Shown here: positions 58,438 to 64,000 of the stretch, in pieces | Layout of the letters: every line of letters begins with the position of its first letter | Numbering within the stretch: position 1 is the first letter of the stretch | NCBI RefSeq assembly: GCF_025464835.1 | Contig: NZ_JAODMP010000096.1 | Coordinates: forward strand, 8,755 to 72,754 | Source: Mycetocola sp. | GTDB taxonomy: Bacteria > Actinomycetota > Actinomycetes > Actinomycetales > Microbacteriaceae | Length of the DNA stretch: 64,000 nucleotides | Direction of reading: 5' to 3' | Position numbers and translations under genes: made by a program | The notes under the pieces: generated by a model | What the model was told of the DNA's origin: nothing | Database searches by the model: none | Seen by the model: only the letters and a program-made list of their open reading frames with translations

Positions 58438-59292
58438 TTACAGGAGAAAAGCGCTTGCGAACGGGATGAGGCTGGCGGCGACGAGCGCGACACAGAGCGC
58501 CGTGATCAACAAAGTCTGTCGGCTCTTGTGTCGCAGGTGACGCGTTTCGTAGTAGATGAGCCCGGCCAGCGCACCGCCGACAAGTCCTCCGACGTGTGCC
58601 TGCCAGGCAACGTTGATGCCGGGGATGAAGCCGATCACGAGGTTGATGCCGACGAGGACGAGCAGGCCGTTCATGTTTCCACCGCGTTTGCGCTGGATGA
58701 CGAGGAACGCGCCCATCAGTCCGAAGATGGCACCGGATGCACCGACCACCGGCACGTTGCCAGCGGTGAGGAACAGGACCCCAAGCGAACCAGCGAAACC
58801 CGAAAGGAGATAGAGCGTCAGGAAACGCGCTCGGCCAAGCATGGGCTCGAGCGCCTGCCCGAACAGCCACAGCGAGTACATGTTCAGGGCGACATGGAAG
58901 ATCAGGTTCTGGGAATGAACGAAGACCGTCGTGAGCATCCGCCAGGGCTCGAACGCGAGCGGGGTCGAATACACACCCGCGTAAAGAAGATACTGAGTGA
59001 TTCCGAGTCCCGGGATCAGTTGCAACAGGAAGACGAAGGCCGTTGCAGCGATGAGAACGTATGTGACGATCGGGCGATCGCTGCTCCGGCTGAAGAACCC
59101 GGTCCTTACGCGAGGAGCCGTCTTGCGCTGCTCCCTCATGCACTCGGGGCAGATGACCCCGACCGCACCCTGGGTTTGACACTCACCACAGATGGTGCGC
59201 CCGCACCGCTGGCACAGCACGAAACTCTGTCGATCGGGATGCCGGTAACAAAAGCTGCCCGATCGTACCGGTGGCACAGATGACTGGCTCAT
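58438..59292 (-). CDS. rhomboid family intramembrane serine protease
   Basis: 284 aa with an N-terminal zinc-ribbon CYRHPDRQSFVLCQRCGRTICGEC, the motif HSQNLIFHVALNMYSLW, catalytic Ser GASGAIFGLMGA and catalytic His AHVGGLVGG. Confidence 0.92.
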   Translation of the reverse strand: MSQSSVPPVRSGSFCYRHPDRQSFVLCQRCGRTICGECQTQGAVGVICPECMREQRKTAPRVRTGFFSRSSDRPIVTYVLIAATAFVFLLQLIPGLGITQYLLYAGVYSTPLAFEPWRMLTTVFVHSQNLIFHVALNMYSLWLFGQALEPMLGRARFLTLYLLSGFAGSLGVLFLTAGNVPVVGASGAIFGLMGAFLVIQRKRGGNMNGLLVLVGINLVIGFIPGINVAWQAHVGGLVGGALAGLIYYETRHLRHKSRQTLLITALCVALVAASLIPFASAFLL

Positions 59293-59331
59293 CGTACGAG
59301 GCAGGGACGAGGACCGGCCGGTGTTTGCTGT

Positions 59332-59874
59332 TTAGACGTCGGCAACCGTGACGCTCTCGATGACGATGTCGTCGAGGGGGCGGTCACGGGCGTCGCGAGG
59401 AACCTCGGCGAGCTTGTCGACGACCTTGCGACTCGCTTCGTCTTCGACAGCGCCGAAGATGGTGTGCTTGCCCTGCAGCCAGCTCGTGTTGCCGACCGTG
59501 ATGAAGAACTGCGAGCCATTGGTGCCCTTGCCGGCGATCTTGCCGGCATTTGCCATGGCGAGCATGTACGGCTCGTTGAAGTTGAGCTCAGGGTTGATCT
59601 CGTCATCGAACTTGTAGCCCGGGCCACCGGTGCCGTTGCCGAGCGGGTCTCCGCCCTGGATCATGAAGCCGGGAATGATGCGGTGGAAGATGACACCGTT
59701 GTAAAGGGGGGTGTTCTTCCTGGTCTCACCGGTGCGCTCGTCAGTCCATTCGATCTCGCCCGTAGCAAGTCCAACGAAGTTCTTGACCGTCTTGGGGGCG
59801 TGGTCTCCGAAGAGGTTGACCTTGATATCGCCGTAGTTGGTGTGAAGGGTTGCGACAGCGGTGTGCTTTGACAT
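59332..59874 (-). CDS. ppiA: peptidyl-prolyl cis-trans isomerase (cyclophilin type)
   Basis: The ATG at 59874 gives 180 aa with FHRIIPGFMIQGGDP...GGPGYKFDDE...LAMANAG...NGSQFFIT. The ORF-track start at 59994 adds a 40-aa extension that is judged unlikely. Confidence 0.93.
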   Translation of the reverse strand: MSKHTAVATLHTNYGDIKVNLFGDHAPKTVKNFVGLATGEIEWTDERTGETRKNTPLYNGVIFHRIIPGFMIQGGDPLGNGTGGPGYKFDDEINPELNFNEPYMLAMANAGKIAGKGTNGSQFFITVGNTSWLQGKHTIFGAVEDEASRKVVDKLAEVPRDARDRPLDDIVIESVTVADV

Positions 59875-59981
59875 GTTTTCAATTCTTACACACGCATTGA
59901 CCCCGTCCGGGTGGCGTTCGGGCCATTCGGTGGCAAGATGGAGGTCTGTCGCGTCAAAAACGAGATCAATGGAGGTCAGCG

Positions 59982-60503
59982 GTGAGTCTGTCACGCAAGC
60001 GCAAGAAAGAACTCAAGCGACTCAAGGGTGAGGCCAATGAGTTGTGGCACGCCCAGCAGGAGATTCTTGACCACGCCAACCACGTCGCCCGCGAGGCGAG
60101 TAGGCAGTTGGGTGCATATGGCCGTGAACAGGTCGTCCCCTCCGTCGTGAGCACGTACGAACACAAGGTCCAGCCGGTCGTCGACCGTGGATATGCCGCA
60201 TCCCGCGGCGTCGTCGAGGGCGCCAGGCGCGGCCTCGACAAGACGGTCTTCCCGGTGCTCGGTGGGGTTGTCGGCAGTGTCTTGTCCATTGGAGACATTG
60301 CCAAGGACCACCGGGTCCGTGCGGCCCTCGAGCGCTTCCAGCCGAAACCTCCGCCCAAGAAGACGTCGAACGTCGGCGGCGTCATCGCCGTCGGGGCCGG
60401 TGTTCTGGCGGCGGCCGGCGTGGCTTACGCCGTCTGGCAGACATTCCGCGCCGACGACGAACTGTGGGTTGCGGATGAAGAGCCGGCACTGCCGAACCTC
60501 TGA
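59982..60503 (+). CDS. hypothetical protein with basic N-terminus and C-terminal TM segment
   Basis: 173 aa with SRKRKKELKRLKGEANELW and the TM segment VGGVIAVGAGVLAAAGVAYAVW. It is followed by a strong terminator. Confidence 0.65.
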   Translation: MSLSRKRKKELKRLKGEANELWHAQQEILDHANHVAREASRQLGAYGREQVVPSVVSTYEHKVQPVVDRGYAASRGVVEGARRGLDKTVFPVLGGVVGSVLSIGDIAKDHRVRAALERFQPKPPPKKTSNVGGVIAVGAGVLAAAGVAYAVWQTFRADDELWVADEEPALPNL

Positions 60504-60520
60504 ACCTCAGACTGAATAAA

Positions 60521-60551
60521 GGCCGGTCCCCGTCGGGGGCCGGTCTTTTTT
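60521..60551 (+). terminator. rho-independent terminator
   Basis: GGCCGGTCCCC / GGGGGCCGGTC forms an 11-bp stem (two G-U pairs) with loop GTC, followed by TTTTTT. Confidence 0.85.
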
Positions 60552-60634
60552 GATACAGGGCAAGCCCTGGTGTTCCGCCGGTCCACCAGCGAGGATGAAG
60601 AACGCCTTTGTCTGCGCCTAGTGAGGAACGAATC

Positions 60635-61057
60635 ATGCCGGTACGGGAATTGGCTGAAGCCGAATCACTCGAGCTGCTTGCCGGAGCGCCGGTCGGGCGG
60701 ATCGTTGTCTCGGTGGGCGACGTCACGGACATTTATCCCGTGACGCACACCGTCTTGGATGGAGCCGTCTATTTTCGAACGGCACCCGGGGACAAGCTCG
60801 CCGCCCTGGCTTCCAACGCCGCCGTGTTGTTCGAGGCAGACGATCTGACCGGCGGCCGGGCCTGGAGTGTTGTGGTGCATGGACTCGCGCGGCGGCTCGA
60901 GTACGACGAGGAGATCGAGCCGGTCGCGGATCGGCTGCGCAACCCGTTCGCTCACGGACCCAGAGACGTCGTTGTCCGCATTGTGCCGAGTTCGGTGAGC
61001 GGTCGACTTTTTGAGCCCGGCGACGATGACACTGAGACGCTGGAGCCCACGGACTGA
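60635..61057 (+). CDS. pyridoxamine 5'-phosphate oxidase family (split-barrel flavin/F420-binding) protein
   Basis: The ATG at 60635 follows a GAGGAA RBS. 140 aa with ESLELLAGAPVGRIVVSVGDVTDIYPVTHTVLDGAVYFRTAPGDKL...WSVVVHG. Confidence 0.75.
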   Translation: MPVRELAEAESLELLAGAPVGRIVVSVGDVTDIYPVTHTVLDGAVYFRTAPGDKLAALASNAAVLFEADDLTGGRAWSVVVHGLARRLEYDEEIEPVADRLRNPFAHGPRDVVVRIVPSSVSGRLFEPGDDDTETLEPTD

Positions 61058-61080
61058 GCGAGCGTAACCTCACTGACCAG

Positions 61081-61494
61081 TTACAGCATGGCGAGGGCGA
61101 GGTCCACGAGACCGACCCGGTCGAGCGATGAAATCTCGTTCAGCGGATGCCACGCGGCGTGGTCGGTCGACCCACCCACTTCGTCGGTGAGTTCACCGCC
61201 GGTCACATGAGCACGGTAGATGATCCGTAAACCGTGCAGCGCTTGGGTCGCTCCCGGGGTGAGACGGTCCTCAGCTTGCGTCACGAACGAAGAGATTCCA
61301 AGCAGTTCGTCCAGTTCGGCCGTGTAGCCCGTCTCCTCGAGGATTTCCCGCACCGCAGCATCCGCTGGGTCTTCGCCGGGATTGATGCCCCCACCAGGCA
61401 ACGTCCAGCCGCTGCGACCGTGTTCGCGCCAGTGCGCGAGGAGGATTCGATCGCCGTCGATGATTACCCCGTAGGCGGCGACTCGTATGTCCAT
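61081..61494 (-). CDS. NUDIX hydrolase
   Basis: The ATG at 61494 gives 137 aa with the Nudix box GGGINPGEDPADAAVREILEETGY. The ORF-track extension to 61635 runs through tRNA-Ala and a terminator and is rejected. Confidence 0.9.
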   Translation of the reverse strand: MDIRVAAYGVIIDGDRILLAHWREHGRSGWTLPGGGINPGEDPADAAVREILEETGYTAELDELLGISSFVTQAEDRLTPGATQALHGLRIIYRAHVTGGELTDEVGGSTDHAAWHPLNEISSLDRVGLVDLALAML

Positions 61495-61535
61495 GAGGAC
61501 ACAATACTCACCGAGAGGGACTTCATGCCGGGTAC

Positions 61536-61570
61536 GAGAAAAGCCCGCCTCATGATGAGGCGGGCTTTCT
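61536..61570 (-). terminator. rho-independent terminator after tRNA-Ala
   Basis: A 13-bp perfect stem AAAGCCCGCCTCA (61540-61552) / TGAGGCGGGCTTT (61556-61568). On the minus strand it is followed by UUUUCUC. Confidence 0.85.
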
Positions 61571-61577
61571 CTTCCTG

Positions 61578-61650
61578 TGGAGCCTAGGGGAATCGAACCC
61601 CTGACCTCCTGCTTGCAAAGCAGGCGCTCTACCAATTGAGCTAAGGCCCC
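61578..61650 (-). tRNA. tRNA-Ala (anticodon TGC)
   Basis: The minus strand reads GGGGCCTTAGCTCAATTGGTAGAGCGCCTGCTTTGCAAGCAGGAGGTCAGGGGTTCGATTCCCCTAGGCTCCA. It has the G3:U70 identity pair and anticodon loop UUUGCAA. Confidence 0.95.
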
Positions 61651-61685
61651 GATTACGGGAAACTGTGTGAAAAACGTCTCCCGAG

Positions 61686-61759
61686 TGGGGATACCAGGAC
61701 TTGAACCTGGGACCTCTTCGTTATCAGCGAAGCGCTCTAACCGCCTGAGCTATATCCCC
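61686..61759 (-). tRNA. tRNA-Ile (anticodon GAT)
   Basis: The minus strand reads GGGGATATAGCTCAGGCGGTTAGAGCGCTTCGCTGATAACGAAGAGGTCCCAGGTTCAAGTCCTGGTATCCCCA. The anticodon loop is CUGAUAA. Confidence 0.95.
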
Positions 61760-61805
61760 GTTTGGGCAGCTTTGAGACTACCTGAAATTCGCCATATGTT
61801 CTAAT

Positions 61806-61830
61806 CGAGGGGGCTGGGAGGGCCCCCTCG
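61806..61830 (-). terminator. hairpin after the gyrA-DUF3566 unit
   Basis: CGAGGGGGC (61806-61814) / GCCCCCTCG (61822-61830) forms a perfect 9-bp stem with a 7-nt loop. It lies 12 nt downstream of the DUF3566 stop on the minus strand. Confidence 0.55.
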
Positions 61831-61841
61831 ACGAGGACGAA

Positions 61842-62246
61842 TCAGTTGTTGGTGAACCCGACCAGCAGTCCACCGGTGATTTTCACGCTGAGGTTGTACA
61901 GAGCCGCACACAGCGCGCCGAGTGCCGTCACCACGATGAGGTTGAGGATAGCAACGACGACCGCGAAGCCCATCACACGACCGAGGTTGAAGATGGCGGT
62001 GAGGTCCTGGCCTGCTCCCGCGACCTCAGTGAACAGTGAGTTGACCTGATCGAAGATTTTCGTCTGGTCGAGGACTGTGTAGACGAGGAAGAACACGATG
62101 ATGGTCACGATGGCGAGAGCCACCGCGAGCAGGAACGACAATTTCACTGCCGACCAGAAGTCGATGTAGACCAGTTTCAGCCGTACCTGTTTGGTCGACG
62201 TGCGCTTGGTCGACTTGTTCGCGAGCTTCTCGGCAACGCTACTCAT
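61842..62246 (-). CDS. DUF3566 transmembrane protein (Rv0007-like)
   Basis: 134 aa with [36 protein letters not shown]...[27 protein letters not shown]. It overlaps the gyrA stop by 4 nt. Confidence 0.85.
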   Translation of the reverse strand: MSSVAEKLANKSTKRTSTKQVRLKLVYIDFWSAVKLSFLLAVALAIVTIIVFFLVYTVLDQTKIFDQVNSLFTEVAGAGQDLTAIFNLGRVMGFAVVVAILNLIVVTALGALCAALYNLSVKITGGLLVGFTNN

Positions 62247-64000
62247 ACTTCTTCTTCCTTCTCAGCCTCACTCGCGGGCGCTGCAGCTTCGTTCACGGTG
62301 AGAACTTCGGCTGCTTCTGCATCCACGGCGACAAGATTACGGTCACTGTTCCTGGCCAGGGCAATAATGCGATCGTCGTCAGCGAATCGCGCGAAGACGA
62401 CGCCCATGGTGTCCCTGCCCTTGGCGGGAACTTCGGCCACGGCAGACCTTACCACCTTGCCGGTGGCAAGAACCACAAGCACTTCGTCGTCTTCACTCAC
62501 GATGAGCGCACCGGCGAGGTGACCGCGGTCTTCGTTGTACTTGGCGACCTTGATGCCCAAACCGCCACGGTTCTGGAGTCGATACTGTTCCACCGCGGTG
62601 CGTTTCGCGTACCCGCCTTCGGTGGCGATGAAGACGAATGCATCGGTTTCGGGGGCTGCCGGGAGAACAGACACCGAAAGCAGCTCATCGTTGTCTCGGA
62701 AGTTCATTCCGATCACGCCCGAGGTGGATCGTCCCATCGGCCGTAACGCCTCATCGCTCGCGGTGAATCGGATCGACATGCCACGACGCGAGACGAGGAA
62801 CAGGTCGCTGTCGTCCTCGACGAGGAGGGCTCCGACCAGTTCGTCACCGTCGCGCAGGTTGATCGCGATGATGCCACCCGTGCGGTTGGTGTCGTATTCG
62901 CTGAGCGCCGTCTTCTTCACGAGTCCGTTGCGGGTGGCCAGCACCAGGTAGGTAGCAGCCTGGTAGTCCGGGATGTCGAGGATCTCGGCGATCTCTTCAT
63001 CGGGCTGCATGGCCAGCAGGTTCGCGACGTGCTGCCCCTTCGCATCCCGCCCGGCTTCCTGCACTTCGTAGGCCTTGGCACGATAGACCCGGCCCTTGTT
63101 GCTGAAGAACAGCAACCAGTGGTGGGTGGTGGTGACGAAGAAGTGGTCGACGACGTCGTCCGCGCGAAGCTGGGCGCCCTTGACGCCCTTGCCGCCACGG
63201 TGCTGCTGCCGATAATTGTCGCTCCGTGTGCGCTTGATGTATCCGCCGCGGGTGACGGAGATGACCATCTCTTCCTCGGGAATGAGGTCTTCGATGGACA
63301 TGTCGCCGTCGTAGCCGAACATGATCTCGGTGCGGCGGTCGTCTCCGTACCGCTCGACGATCCCTGTGAGCTCATCGCTCACGATGGTGCGCTGGCGCTC
63401 AGGGCTGGCGAGGATCGCCTTGTACTCGGTGATCTCACGTTCGATCTCGTCGTGCTCGTCGATGATCTTCTGACGTTCCAGGGCGGCCAGACGGCGCAGC
63501 TGCATCTCGAGGATCGCACGTGCCTGCAGTTCGTCGATGGCGAGCAGGTCCATCAGCCCGTCGCGGGCGTCTTCGACGGTTCCCGACCGGCGGATGAGCG
63601 CGATGACCTCGTCGAGGGCGTCGAGGGCCTTCAAATAGCCGCGGAGGATGTGTGCGCGTTCCTCGGCCTTCATCAGACGGTGGGTGGTGCGCCGGACGAT
63701 GACATCGATCTGGTGGGCTGTCCAGGCGGTGATGAATCCGTCGAGCGCGAGGGTGCGCGGGATGCCGTCAACGATCGCCAGCATGTTGGCGCCGAAGTTC
63801 TCCTGCAGCGAGGTGTGCTTGTACAGGTTGTTAAGCACGACCTTGGCAACCGCGTCGCGCTTGAGCACGATGACGAGGCGCTGGCCGGTGCGGCCAGAGG
63901 TCTCGTCACGGATGTCGGCGATGCCGGAGATCTTGCCATCCTTGACCATGTCGGCGATCTTGACGGCCAGATTGTCGGGGTTCACCTGGTACGGCAACTC
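62243..64000 (-). CDS. gyrA: DNA gyrase subunit A, C-terminal ~585 codons (5' end beyond the window)
   Basis: The frame is open to the window edge. It has [44 protein letters not shown], the tower and coiled-coil region, then C-terminal beta-pinwheel repeats and an acidic tail. Confidence 0.97.
   Translation of the reverse strand, partial: ELPYQVNPDNLAVKIADMVKDGKISGIADIRDETSGRTGQRLVIVLKRDAVAKVVLNNLYKHTSLQENFGANMLAIVDGIPRTLALDGFITAWTAHQIDVIVRRTTHRLMKAEERAHILRGYLKALDALDEVIALIRRSGTVEDARDGLMDLLAIDELQARAILEMQLRRLAALERQKIIDEHDEIEREITEYKAILASPERQRTIVSDELTGIVERYGDDRRTEIMFGYDGDMSIEDLIPEEEMVISVTRGGYIKRTRSDNYRQQHRGGKGVKGAQLRADDVVDHFFVTTTHHWLLFFSNKGRVYRAKAYEVQEAGRDAKGQHVANLLAMQPDEEIAEILDIPDYQAATYLVLATRNGLVKKTALSEYDTNRTGGIIAINLRDGDELVGALLVEDDSDLFLVSRRGMSIRFTASDEALRPMGRSTSGVIGMNFRDNDELLSVSVLPAAPETDAFVFIATEGGYAKRTAVEQYRLQNRGGLGIKVAKYNEDRGHLAGALIVSEDDEVLVVLATGKVVRSAVAEVPAKGRDTMGVVFARFADDDRIIALARNSDRNLVAVDAEAAEVLTVNEAAAPASEAEKEEEV

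Noticed and set aside
61081-61635. 184-aa ORF-track version of the NUDIX gene
   Set aside because: The upstream extension reads through a rho-independent terminator and tRNA-Ala. The gene was trimmed to the ATG at 61494.

Overview
This is a 64-kb high-GC actinobacterial chromosome segment. Gene order and protein signatures suggest a motile member of the Micrococcales, but the taxon is inference only. It falls into three blocks.

(1) nt 1-26100: a nearly complete Gram-positive-type flagellar regulon. It starts with fliC (3' part)-fliD-fliS-orf. A tightly coupled ~19.6-kb plus-strand array follows: flgB-flgC-fliE-fliF-fliG-fliH-fliI-fliJ-(NlpC/P60 hydrolase)-fliK-flgD-flgE, then flbD-motA-motB-fliM-fliN-fliO-fliP-fliQ-fliR-flhB-flhA-(degenerate FlhF-like orf)-csrA. 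This array converges on a minus-strand flgN-flgK-flgL-fliW operon. A shared CTAAC-N15-(G/T)CCGA(T/C)AG motif (sigma-28/SigD/WhiG-like) precedes flgB, flbD and flgN.

(2) nt 26190-45130: a variable/accessory block. It holds an M23 peptidase with a long leader, a GNAT, an AI-2E transporter, two decayed gene relics flanking an MFS transporter, and a perfect 17-bp inverted repeat. It also holds DUF2945, DUF72, a Zn-ADH, an EEP nuclease/phosphatase, and a coupled USP-crcB-crcB unit. An arsR / arsC-flavoprotein cluster has no efflux pump in the window. The block ends with a large lipoprotein that combines two discoidin domains with a galactose-oxidase-type radical copper oxidase.

(3) nt 45170-64000: the conserved oriC-proximal block, colinear with M. 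tuberculosis Rv0020c-Rv0006. Its order is tRNA-Leu, fhaA, fhaB, pstP, rodA, pbpA, two Ser/Thr kinases, trpG, crgA, rhomboid, ppiA, tRNA-Ala, tRNA-Ile, DUF3566, gyrA (partial). Lineage-specific insertions are a three-gene stress/holin-like module, a class E sortase and a small membrane ORF.

No rRNA, CRISPR, transposase, integrase or recognisable defence system was seen. The most interesting signals are:
- the non-canonical parts of the actinobacterial flagellar system (P60 hydrolase in the rod/hook operon, an FlhF-like protein with a destroyed P-loop, sigma-28-type promoters on the early operon, csrA/fliW);
- a dense cluster of DnaA-box 9-mers in an AT-rich spacer between crgA and the sortase gene.

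All functional calls rest on motif and family recognition by eye. No database search was run.
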